Notes under the pieces: generated by a model
What the model was told of the DNA's origin: nothing
The model's database searches: none
What the model saw: only the letters and a program-made list of their open reading frames with translations
Source: Myxococcales bacterium
GTDB taxonomy: Bacteria; Myxococcota_A; Polyangia; Polyangiales; DASUME01
DNA length: 64,000 nucleotides
Direction: 5' to 3'
NCBI GenBank assembly: GCA_047601445.1
Contig: JASGJH010000001.1
Span: forward strand, 832,001-896,000
Shown here: piece after piece, positions 9,789 to 19,000 of the stretch
Numbering within the stretch: position 1 is the stretch's first letter
Layout: the number at the start of each line of letters is the position of its first letter
Made by a program: the position numbers and the translations under genes

Positions 9789-9969
9789 CGCGCGCCTCGC
9801 GGTCGCCGGGACGCTGCCATGCTCTGGGTGCTCGCAGGTGTTACGCCGTGCGGTGAAAACCGGGCTCCGCGAGGGCTCGGAGCCGGCGGATCACTTGCGT
9901 CCGCGGCGGTTCTCTGGCACTGAACATGTGCGCCCGTAGCGGTCGCTGTTCTCGTGCGAAGGATTTCCC

Positions 9970-10482
9970 GTGTCTGCCCTGCCCATTCCCCAACCGTGCA
10001 ACGCATCGCGTCAGGCCGTGCAGGAGTACGCCGAGGCTGTCGCCGAGAGTGTCGGCTACACACCGGGTACCGGGGTGGAGAGCGTGGTCGCGCAGCTGGG
10101 AGGTCGGCTCAAGTACCTGAGCCTCGACGAGTCTCGCCAGCATGAGGCCGATGGCTCGCTGGTGGTGCACGGCCCAGGCGACTTCGAAATCAGCCTCTCG
10201 GCCGTGACTGGTGCCGTGCGGGATCAGTTCACCATCGCGCACGAGCTCGGCCACTACTTCCTGCACAGTCAGGGGGGCAAGCAGCGCATCCGCGCCGAGC
10301 GCTATGGTTCCGGACGCGTGGAGTGGGAGGCCAACTGGTTCGCGGCGGCGTTCTTGATGCCGTCCGAGCTCTTCACTGAGGAAGCCGAGCGAAACCAAGG
10401 TGATGCGGAGCGAATCGCCACCCGCTTCTTCGTTTCTTCCGCGGCGGCCGAGGTGCGGCTCAAGTCTCTCGGGTTGCGATGA
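9970..10482 (+). CDS. ImmA/IrrE-family (COG2856/DUF955) Zn metallo-endopeptidase, stand-alone
   Basis: RDQFTIAHELGHYFLH (HExxH, H91-E92-H95) and EWEANWFAAAFLMP (third ligand E118); C-terminal IATRFFVSSAAAEVRL. AAGGA RBS before GTG 9970. Confidence 0.92.
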   Translation: MSALPIPQPCNASRQAVQEYAEAVAESVGYTPGTGVESVVAQLGGRLKYLSLDESRQHEADGSLVVHGPGDFEISLSAVTGAVRDQFTIAHELGHYFLHSQGGKQRIRAERYGSGRVEWEANWFAAAFLMPSELFTEEAERNQGDAERIATRFFVSSAAAEVRLKSLGLR

Positions 10483-11444
10483 CCCTGGGCAGCGCCGACT
10501 CCCGGTCGCGTAGGTCCTGCGTTCGCCTCTTCATGTCCGTGGACCTGATCGGATCCACTGCCTTCAAGAACCGCATCGGAGCGGCCGACGAGTACGCGGG
10601 CGGCCATCCTTGGATCGGCGAGTTCGCCCGCTTCTACGCCTCGTTCTCGAACTTCCTGGTGCGCGGCGCCAACCCGCTGCTCAAGCAAGAGGGGGCCGAG
10701 CCCATCTTGTTCAAGGCCATCGGCGACGAACTGGTGTTCTCGGCGTTGGTGAAGAGCGGGGAGCACATCGCGCTGCTCATGGAGGCCTTCCGTGACGCCC
10801 TGTGTGCCTACTATCGCCAGCACCTGGTGGGTACGAGGCTCGGGCTCAAGGGCACGGCGTGGCTGGCTGGGTTTCCGATCAACAACGCCGAGGTGCGGCT
10901 GCCCAATGGGGCGGTCGACTTCATCGGTCCCTCCATCGACGCCGGCTTTCGCGTAGCCAAGTTCTCGTCGCTGTCGATGATCGCGCTCTCGGTGGACCTG
11001 GCGCTGGTGCTGGCGTTGGTGCGTCCCAATCGCTTCGAGTTCGTGTTCCATGCGCTCGAGTCCATGAAGGGCGTGCTGGGGGGCAATCCCTATCCCATCT
11101 TCGGGCTCGATTCCGGGCTGCGTACGGCCGAGGAAGAGCTCACCGGCGAGGGCCCCACCAATGTGAGGTCCGAGAAGGTGAGCGCCTACGCTACGCGGTT
11201 CTTCGCGGAGCTCGCTCCGTCATGGCTGTTCGCGCCCTACTTGAGCGACGACGAGCGCTTCAAAGCCAAGCCCGCGCACCACGATGAAATCCTGGCTCTG
11301 TGGGAGCGCGAAGAGGCCAAGACCCAGGTGGGACTCGATGGCGCGGAAGCGTCCCTCGGAAGCGTGGACACCGGCGCAGCCGACGCACGCTTGTTGGCCG
11401 AGGCCATCCGCATCAAGGCGCAGCCCGCGCAGCGGAACGATTGA
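10479..11444 (+). CDS. Divergent class III adenylate/guanylate cyclase-like protein with a C-terminal extension
   Basis: LFMSVDLIGST (D22), FKAIGDE (K79, D83), VDFIGPSIDAGFR (D147, D154, R158), MKGV...YP. ATGA overlap with the peptidase gene. Confidence 0.7.
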   Translation: MTLGSADSRSRRSCVRLFMSVDLIGSTAFKNRIGAADEYAGGHPWIGEFARFYASFSNFLVRGANPLLKQEGAEPILFKAIGDELVFSALVKSGEHIALLMEAFRDALCAYYRQHLVGTRLGLKGTAWLAGFPINNAEVRLPNGAVDFIGPSIDAGFRVAKFSSLSMIALSVDLALVLALVRPNRFEFVFHALESMKGVLGGNPYPIFGLDSGLRTAEEELTGEGPTNVRSEKVSAYATRFFAELAPSWLFAPYLSDDERFKAKPAHHDEILALWEREEAKTQVGLDGAEASLGSVDTGAADARLLAEAIRIKAQPAQRND

Positions 11445-11473
11445 GGGCTGTCTCAGGGGCTCTGGGTCTGGGT

Positions 11474-11598
11474 CGTACGCGTGCCCGTGCCCGTAAACGA
11501 TCTCTTCGGCTCCTACGCTCGATCAGTGTGCAGGTCGAACCGGACGAGCGTTCGCTCAACGGCTGGGAGATTCGCGAACGGGCACGCGCACGCGCACG
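11474..11598. repeat. Long imperfect palindrome with hexamer-repeat arms (REP/MITE-like) between convergent genes
   Basis: cgtacgcgtgcccgtgcccgt (11474-11494) vs acgggcacgcgcacgcgcacg (11578-11598): 19/21 complementary, plus inner cgctcg/cgagcg pairing. Confidence 0.65.
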
Positions 11599-11631
11599 TT
11601 GAGGTTGGGGACTAGATCTGCAGCCGGGGTG

Positions 11632-13020
11632 TCAGGGCCCGACGTTCTCCACCTTCACGCCGTTCACGATATTCGACACCCAGGTGATCATCTTCACGTT
11701 GTTGAACGTGGCATCCTCGATCTTCACGTTGCCCGGCAATACGTTGGTGAGCCAGGTGTGCTGGTCGGTGGCGGGATAGTAGGTGCCGAAGTTCTTGTAG
11801 CTCTTCACCGCCGTCCGGAAGTCGAGCAGGCCCTTTTCGAAGACGTCGGGCGGCACCTTGTCGACGATGGCGGTGCCGGCGCAGTTGTTGTTTCCGGCCC
11901 CAAAGAAGCCCGAGATGATGCCGTCGTGGTTGGCCTCGATGAGGCCCGAGAGGCGGTCGCTGAACGTGGACACCAGGTACACGCCGTAGTCGAACATGAA
12001 GTCGTCCTTCTTGGGGCAGTGGCTACCGCAGTCCTTGAGCACCGACTGATCGAGCCCCCAGTAATCCACCATGCGCTTCTGCAGGCAGGGCGGCACCACA
12101 GCGCTGGTCTGGGGCGGACCCGAGTCGTCGATGAGGATGATCTTGTTGTTGGGGAAGGCGCGCTGGAAGAGCACGGCCGTGGCGGCCGAACCGAAGCCGC
12201 CAGCGCTGATGCCCGTGAGCAGCACGCGGTCGAGGCTGGGGAAGGTAGGCACGATGCGCTGCAGATAGGCCTGCAGGTTGAGGTACCCGACGAACTGTTC
12301 CTTCGGGTACAGGTCGGTGACCTTGGAGTTGGCCTTGGTGCCTGCGTGGATGTCGCCGGTGCAGTAGGGCACGTAGACGAAGTTCCAGTCCTTGAGGGGA
12401 TTGTCCGTCCACTTACGGTTGAAGATGCCGCCCGTCTGCTCGCCCTTGGAGGCGATGGAGGCGGGGTTGGCGGCACAGGTGACGTTGTCGAAGCAGGCTC
12501 CGCCGCCTTCGAGGAAGATCATCAGGTCCTTGGACTTGGAGTTCAGGCTGATGCCGATGCCCGCCGTAGATCCGTCGCGGCACTTGGTGCCGGGGAAGTC
12601 CACCCAGGTCCACTTGAGATCGTCGGCCTTCAGGGGCTGGCCGTTGGTGGGGAAGGGCGTGAGGCCGTACTTGTCGAGCGGGTTCGTCGAGGGCTTGGTG
12701 CCCGCATCCGAGTGGCCGGGGTTCGTGCCGGCATCGACATCATCGCCGTCCCCGTCTCCCGTGCTGTCTCCATCGCCCGTGGTGTCGCCGTCTCCCGTGC
12801 TGTCTCCATCGCCGGTGGTGTCGTCGCCATCGCCGTCCCCGTCGCCATCACCATCACCATCACCATCACCGTCTCCATCGCCGTCTCCATCGCCGTTGGC
12901 TGGGTCGACGTAGCCCGACGTGGGGTTGGCAGGGTCCTCACCGCAGCCGGTGTTTCCGACGACGACGGAGGAGAGGGTAAGCAGCAGAAGAAGCCTACGA
13001 GAGCGGTCAAGGTGAGACAT
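11632..13020 (-). CDS. Pectin acetylesterase/Notum-family hydrolase lipoprotein
   Basis: Lipobox NTGC; GD-repeat linker; CRDGS, FLEGGGAC, VYVPYCTGD, LTGISAGGFG nucleophile motif, IDDSGP. Confidence 0.88.
   Translation of the reverse strand: MSHLDRSRRLLLLLTLSSVVVGNTGCGEDPANPTSGYVDPANGDGDGDGDGDGDGDGDGDGDGDGDDTTGDGDSTGDGDTTGDGDSTGDGDGDDVDAGTNPGHSDAGTKPSTNPLDKYGLTPFPTNGQPLKADDLKWTWVDFPGTKCRDGSTAGIGISLNSKSKDLMIFLEGGGACFDNVTCAANPASIASKGEQTGGIFNRKWTDNPLKDWNFVYVPYCTGDIHAGTKANSKVTDLYPKEQFVGYLNLQAYLQRIVPTFPSLDRVLLTGISAGGFGSAATAVLFQRAFPNNKIILIDDSGPPQTSAVVPPCLQKRMVDYWGLDQSVLKDCGSHCPKKDDFMFDYGVYLVSTFSDRLSGLIEANHDGIISGFFGAGNNNCAGTAIVDKVPPDVFEKGLLDFRTAVKSYKNFGTYYPATDQHTWLTNVLPGNVKIEDATFNNVKMITWVSNIVNGVKVENVGP
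12740..12895 (-). repeat. Coding tandem hexamer repeat encoding (GD)n and GDGD(S/T)T
   Basis: Runs of ccatca/ccgtct/ccatcg within the esterase gene. Confidence 0.85.
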
Positions 13021-13253
13021 AGGAGGCCGACGCTATCACGGGGCCAAAGTGACAGGCCTGGCCACGGTCTTGACCGGACGTACCCAACTACATGCAGAAC
13101 AGCCCCTCTCACAGGCTCTCGTTCCACGCATACGGATGCTTTCCGTTGCGATAGTTGGAGCGGTCACTCGCGTCAGCGTCCGGCCACCGCCCAGCGTATC
13201 GGTGAGCTGACTCGCCAAAACAACGGGAGCCGACGTGGCCCTCAGCCAGGCCT

Positions 13254-14900
13254 TCAGTTGGCCGGGGGGCGGTTCCAGGAGATGAGCTGGGACTCGCCGC
13301 GCTTGCCGACGTGGGCATCGAGCTTGGGGTTCTGCAGCTCGTCGGTGCGGAGGGGGCGAACTTTGAACGCCTGGTAGTCAGCCAGACCATCGCTCGCCAC
13401 ATGGTTCACGCCGTCGATCTCGAAGGCCATGACTTGGCTCAGGTCGAGACCGTGGCTCTGCAGCAGATCAGGCAACACGAACGAGGTGTCGGCGCCAGGT
13501 GCGATGATAGTCCAGGTGCCGCCATAGGCGTAAGTGGCGGGGTCGGGCATCACGAGGGCGATGGTCAGGTTCGTCATGGCGAAGTCCAACTTGGCAGCGT
13601 CGGGGCTCGCGTCCCAGCTCAAACGTGCGCGCTGTGGACTGCCGCTGATCACGGTCTTGGGGTTGCTCGGCGGACGGAGACGCTTGCCATAGTCGAATGT
13701 GATCTGCGTGGGGCCAGGCGCTTCGCGGCGATAGAACGTGTGCTGCACGTTCTTGTAGTCGACGGTGCTCTCGGTCTCGATGTCGTCGGCGAAGCCAGGC
13801 GCGTAGAAGAACTCTTCCCAGATCAGGGGCGTATACGGCAGGTTGTCGGTCCAGTCGGCGGAACCCCAGGCCTGGCTGGTGCCCCGCCACATGGCGAGGT
13901 TGCTCCACACGTGTTGGTCCTCGAGGTCGAGCGGCAGGTTCACGAAGCGCACCTGGGTGCTGGTGGCCAGGGTCCAGGCCGGGAACATCACGTGCGTGGG
14001 CTGGCCGTTGCTTCCGAGCGGCGCGTCGTTGACCCACGAGTAGTAGCTGAGGTTGTTGCTCGGATCGTCGTCGCCCATGCGGTCCTCGCGGTAGGCGAGC
14101 AACGAGTTGGTGGGCGCGGGCACGCAGTCGAGCTCCCAGTCCGTCACGTTCTGGTCGTAGTTGATGTTGCGCATGTCGCAGCCCGTCGGTCCGCCGTTGA
14201 TGTAGTACTCGCTGGTGGGCTCGGCGAAGGTCGCCGTGTAAACGGTCTGGGGTCCTACGTACTCGTTGGTGCCGGCCAGCACCTGCAGATGGTCGCCCTG
14301 CTTGACGCCAAACCAGCTGATCAAGCGCCGGGACCAGAAATTCGCGGGCTCCTGCAGTCCGGTCAGGTCGAGCGTCACGACCGGCGCGGTCTGATCGCTC
14401 GCGGCCTTACCGGCGGCGTCGGTGGTCAGCGTGCTCAGCGTGCTGCCGTCAGCCGCGTGGAGATACAGTTTGAGGCCTGGCAGCGGCGTGCCGTCCGCGC
14501 GCGTAACTGTGACCTTCAGGGCCTGGCTGATCTCGGACACGCTGGCGTCGTCAGACGTGGCGCCGCTGTCCTGGCCGGCGTCGGAGCTCGAGCTGTCGTC
14601 CTCATCACCGCCGTCGCCTCCGCGCGCGGTGGAGCCGTCGTTGGCCGAACCCTTGCCGTCCTCGCGCTCGATGCGCTGCCCAGTGGCATCCACGCAGTAG
14701 CCATCGACGCACGCCACCGCGTCCGTGAAAGCTGCGCAGTCGGCGAGCTCCTGGCACGCGAGCCAGTTGCTCGCGCTCGTGCTTTGGGGACCGTTGCTGT
14801 CGTTGCAGCCCGCGGCGCAGATCAGGGCCAGGCCGCCGATCAGGCCCAGGGCGCCCAGCCCACCGCGCGCGGTGGCGACGCTACTCTCGATGGTCTTCAT
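13254..14900 (-). CDS. Hypothetical lipoprotein (small Cys motif, acidic linker, Ig/CarboxypepD-like region)
   Basis: GAGG RBS before ATG 14900; lipobox AAGC; WLACQELADC...CVDGYC; VTVTRADGTPLPG...TTDAAG beta-sandwich motif. Confidence 0.75.
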   Translation of the reverse strand: MKTIESSVATARGGLGALGLIGGLALICAAGCNDSNGPQSTSASNWLACQELADCAAFTDAVACVDGYCVDATGQRIEREDGKGSANDGSTARGGDGGDEDDSSSSDAGQDSGATSDDASVSEISQALKVTVTRADGTPLPGLKLYLHAADGSTLSTLTTDAAGKAASDQTAPVVTLDLTGLQEPANFWSRRLISWFGVKQGDHLQVLAGTNEYVGPQTVYTATFAEPTSEYYINGGPTGCDMRNINYDQNVTDWELDCVPAPTNSLLAYREDRMGDDDPSNNLSYYSWVNDAPLGSNGQPTHVMFPAWTLATSTQVRFVNLPLDLEDQHVWSNLAMWRGTSQAWGSADWTDNLPYTPLIWEEFFYAPGFADDIETESTVDYKNVQHTFYRREAPGPTQITFDYGKRLRPPSNPKTVISGSPQRARLSWDASPDAAKLDFAMTNLTIALVMPDPATYAYGGTWTIIAPGADTSFVLPDLLQSHGLDLSQVMAFEIDGVNHVASDGLADYQAFKVRPLRTDELQNPKLDAHVGKRGESQLISWNRPPAN

Positions 14901-15903
14901 CCGATACCTCTGTTGGGTCCAATAGGGGGTCCGCCGCACGCACGTACTGGCCGGCGTAAAACACGACACGATCGACGGGCGCCCCCTGGGGAGGCTGGTG
15001 GCGGTAGGCGTCCACGCGCGCCCGCAACGCGTCGACCTGAGCGCGCACGCCGCGCAGAGTGGTCTTGGCCTCCAGCTCGAGCGGATGTCCGGGCCATACC
15101 TCGAGTGTCCAGGTGGAGCCGCCCGTGTGATCGCTGGCCTCGCCGCGTGCCGAGCCGCGCTTGAGCTTCGTGATCACGGCGGTGACGAGGGCCTGATAGT
15201 GGTCGAAGACCGCCGCCTCCCAGCCCACCGCGGCCCCCACGGGGACCTCGAAGCGCTCGGCCGCGTAGAGCGTGCCCTCGGGCTTGTGCACGACACGAAC
15301 GCGACCGTCCTGGGCCAGGCGCTCCAGACAAGCTCGCGCGATGCCCTCGCCGAGGCGCGCCACAGACTGCACGGTGGACTCGTCGCAGGGCCCGTTGCGG
15401 TACACCGTGAGCCACACCAGGTGCTCATGGACGCTGCTGCGGCCCGGTGAGTCCGATCCGAAGTCCGCCTCGTTGGCGATGCGATAGCGCGCGTCGTCAC
15501 CGCGTCCTGCGCGGTAGATGAGGCCCGAATGCGAGAGGTCGCTCAGAACTCCGGACACCACCTCCGGATCATCGCCTGCAAAGCGGTCCAGCACCGCCCG
15601 CCCGCTGACGGGTTCACGCTCGCGTACGAACTCGAGCACGGCTTCCCAGACCGTCTTGCCCACCACGGTGCGGCTCTCGCTTAGCTCCCGGAGGCGCCGG
15701 TGATACGTGCGCAGCGCCATCCCGAACATGTCGGCGATGACTTTCTTCTTCACGCCGCGCTGAGCGAGTTCGCGCGTGAGGTCGAGGAAGACCTGCTCGG
15801 CAACCCCGGCCAGCGGGGCCCGCACACCGCCCGCGGTGGCCAGCTCGGCGATGAAGACCATGGTCTGCTGAACCACGGCGTCGATGAGCAGATGGGCGTT
15901 CAC
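14881..15903 (-). CDS. Uncharacterised multi-HTH putative DNA-binding protein
   Basis: HTH-like GVKKKVIADMFGMALRTYHRRL, then two wHTH-like segments (LSDLSHSGLIYR; LERLAQDGRVR). Overlaps the start of the downstream lipoprotein gene. Confidence 0.7.
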   Translation of the reverse strand: MNAHLLIDAVVQQTMVFIAELATAGGVRAPLAGVAEQVFLDLTRELAQRGVKKKVIADMFGMALRTYHRRLRELSESRTVVGKTVWEAVLEFVREREPVSGRAVLDRFAGDDPEVVSGVLSDLSHSGLIYRAGRGDDARYRIANEADFGSDSPGRSSVHEHLVWLTVYRNGPCDESTVQSVARLGEGIARACLERLAQDGRVRVVHKPEGTLYAAERFEVPVGAAVGWEAAVFDHYQALVTAVITKLKRGSARGEASDHTGGSTWTLEVWPGHPLELEAKTTLRGVRAQVDALRARVDAYRHQPPQGAPVDRVVFYAGQYVRAADPLLDPTEVSDEDHRE

Positions 15904-16041
15904 GGGCCGAACACTGACACCGGGACCCAGGCCGGGTAAGTGTCAGGAATGGCAGTGACGGGGTGAGGGTGAAGCACGGACTGCCTGGCGAGGCGCGTTC
16001 GGGGGGAAGGGGCCTTGACGAAGTGCCTTGGGGCCGTGCAC

Positions 16042-19000
16042 CTAAGGCGCCCACAACAAGTCGGCTGACCAGCGGGTGCCTGGGCCGTAGCCCATGCTCG
16101 TGACGAAGTCGTTGGGTAGCGACAAGTCGAGGCGCACGCCGACGCCCACGCTCCCGCCCTGGCTCTGCGAGCTGCCCCCGACGATGCCCTCCACGTAGGC
16201 GCCGCGCGCGAAGCCACGCATGAACTTGGGGATCACGTCCGAGGCATCGAAGCCGGCGCGTGCACCGTTGACCTGACCCGAGGCATTGGTCTCGACGCCG
16301 AGCGTGGGCACCCAGTCTCCGAACTTGCGACGCGCCGCCACACTGAGTAGGCCCGCGGTGAGCGTGGTGGCGAAGTTCGAGACGTCTTGCTGCGCGCTGC
16401 TGCTGTTGCTGGCCTTGGCGCGTCCCACGCCACTGAGGATCGAGACGGCTTCACCCATGTTCGTGGCGGCGCCCGTGAAGGTGAGCACCGGGGCACTCGC
16501 CAAGCCCGTCACCTGCACGTTGAGGGGTTGCGACGAAGGCGGCTGGTAGGTGGCCTTGAGGTTCAAGTCCGGGTCCGGCGGGACGTCCCCGGTGAAGTGG
16601 ATGGTGCCCTTCTGAATCTTGAACGTCTTGCCCAAGATCTGCAGCTCGCCACGGGTGATCTGGGCATCGCCCCGCATCACGGCGCCTTCCTTCTCCTCGA
16701 GGAGCGCGAGGTCGAGCGCCACCTGCACCGAGAAGTCCGTGTGCATGACCCACATGTCGCGGTGGCTCTTGATGGTGAGCGACTTGAGCACGAGCGAGGA
16801 GCTACCGGGTTCGCCGCCCGCGGCTTCGGCCTGAATTTCAGGCGGCGCGTCCTCGAAGACGATGTCCGGGTTAGGGTCGAGCTGCTGCACGTCGCGCCCT
16901 TGCTCGCCCGTGAGCCAGAGGCGACCGCGGTTGATGTCCACCTCCACGGAGAGCTCCGCGAGCTCCTTGATCTGGGCGCCGACCTCGGTGTCCAGCGTCA
17001 GCTCGCCCACCACGGTGCCCTCCTGACGCATCGGAAAGCGCTCTGCGGTGATGTGGATTCGACCATTGCCCGAGCCCTTCTCGTCGAGCTTCGCTCCGCC
17101 GGTCAGCCGGATGTCGCCTTCGCCGTCCTTGGCGGTGATCTGTTTGATGGTGAGCTCGCGGCCATCGACCTCGATGCGTCCGTTGAGGTGCCGAACCGGC
17201 TGAGCCAACGAAGCGATCGAGAAGCCGACTTCGTGTAGCTCGAGGAAGCCCTTGGGCTGTGGGTCGTCGAGCCGGCCAGTGACCGTGAGGTCGGCGGAGG
17301 CCGTGCCGGCAACCTGGCCGAGCGCCTGCACCGACGACATGGGACCGCCGAGCGGGAGCTGGCTGAAGCGAATGCGCGCCCGCACCGGGGCATCTTTCGC
17401 GACGGTGGGAATGGCGTGCAGGTCCCCGCTGAGCGGGAGGCTGGCTTCGAGCTGGCCGTTGGGTTTGCCGTCCACGCGCAGGTCGCCGTTAAGTGCCGCC
17501 TGCAGGCCCGTTCCCTGGGACAACGTGCGCAGCTCGAGGTGGCTCCCGAAAGCGGCGCCGCGCTGTCCACGAAGCTGCGTGACATCGATGCTCGAGCTGA
17601 GCTCGAGGGGGTGAGCTCCGAACAGGGCGAGCGCGAGATTCACGTCGGCCTTGCCGCTCTTGAGGGCGCACAGACCGGGCAGCTTGGAGAGATCGAGCTG
17701 CTTCGCCTGGAGCGTGGCGTTCACCCGTTCGAACTCCTCGGATTTGCCCTGCAGCAGCGCCCCGACGTCCACGTGGGCCTTGACCTCCGCGCGGAGCTGG
17801 CCGGCGGCGTCGCCCTGGCTCTGAACGCCGAGCTGCACTTGGCCTTGCCTGAGCTGGGCATCCAGATCGATGCGCGACGAGGAGCCAGCCACGCACGACT
17901 GGTCGATCTTGTCCCCGAAGACCACCAGGCGCACCGCAGCGTCACCATCGAAGTTTTGGCCGTCGCTTTTGAGCGCGAGCTTGGCGCCCAAGCGCACCGG
18001 CACGTTCAGCTTGTAGGCCGAGGCCAAGTAGCCGTACACGCCCTGCATGGTGTCGAGCCGGCGTTCCTCGAGCTGCACGTCGAGGTCGAACTGGGGCGTC
18101 TTGAAGCTCTCGGGTTGGGCCAGGGCTGCCTCCAGGCTGCCGCCCGCGAAGTTGGTGGCAAGCCGCGCCTGGGCGAGGCGCCCCTGATCATCGTCGAGCT
18201 CGAGCACCAGGTTGGCCTGGCTTGGCTCGAGCTGCAGGCGCGCCTCGAGCCGCTCGGGCTTGCTGGTGGGTTTGGCGGGGAGCTTCAGGTTGGCCGCCAC
18301 GCGCAGCGCGACGTGGGGCTCCTTGAGCGTGCCCTGGCCGTGCAGGTCCACGTCGATGTTGCCCGAAAGGGCGCTGATGCGCTCGTCTCCCAACATCAAG
18401 AGGCGTCCCGCCGGCAGGTGCGCGTTGCCGTCGACTTGAAAGCTCCCCTGTTTGAAAGCTTGGACGAGCTCGCGCGATTTGCTTGCGGAGTTGAGCTCGG
18501 CCGCGAGGCGCACGTTGGAGCCGTCGCTCGCGGAGCGCAGACTGACGCTGGCCCCGACCTGCCCGTGCGCGAGGTCCGCGCGTGCATCGAGCGCCGCATC
18601 GGCCTCGGGCTCGCCCATGACGCTGAGCTTGGCGACGGCCAGGTGCAACGTCCCCTCCGGCTTCGCCACGCTACCGCTGGCCTTCAGCGTGCCGTCGAGC
18701 TTGCCGCGCAACTGGGGCTTGCCGAGCAAGCTACCCCAGGTTGCCAGATCCACCGCATGCAGCTCCGCATCGGCCTCGAAGCTCCCGGCGGCGCGATAAC
18801 TGCCCCGCGCCAGCACGCTCTGCTCGCGCGTTTGGATGGCGAGCTGCTCGAGCCTGGTCTCCTGGCGACCGAGGCGCAGGTTGCGGAGCTCGAAGGTCAG
18901 GTCGCGCTCGAGGGCGTGAGCTTGTCCACGGGCCGCCAGCGTGAAGTCGCCGTTGTGCTCGCGGGCGCCCTGAATCTCACTGTGGACCGAGGCCTGCATG

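Noticed and set aside
9970..11444. Calling the cassette Pycsar or CBASS CapH/CapP
   Set aside because: No cNMP-binding TM/TIR effector, no CD-NTase and no HTH gene is present.
12740..12895. Tandem repeats as a possible CRISPR array or contingency locus
   Set aside because: In-frame hexamer repeats encoding a GD linker; no repeat-spacer structure.
11599..15164. Long + strand ORFs 11599..13377 and 13311..15164
   Set aside because: Antisense shadows of well-supported - strand genes; expected at high GC3; no motifs.
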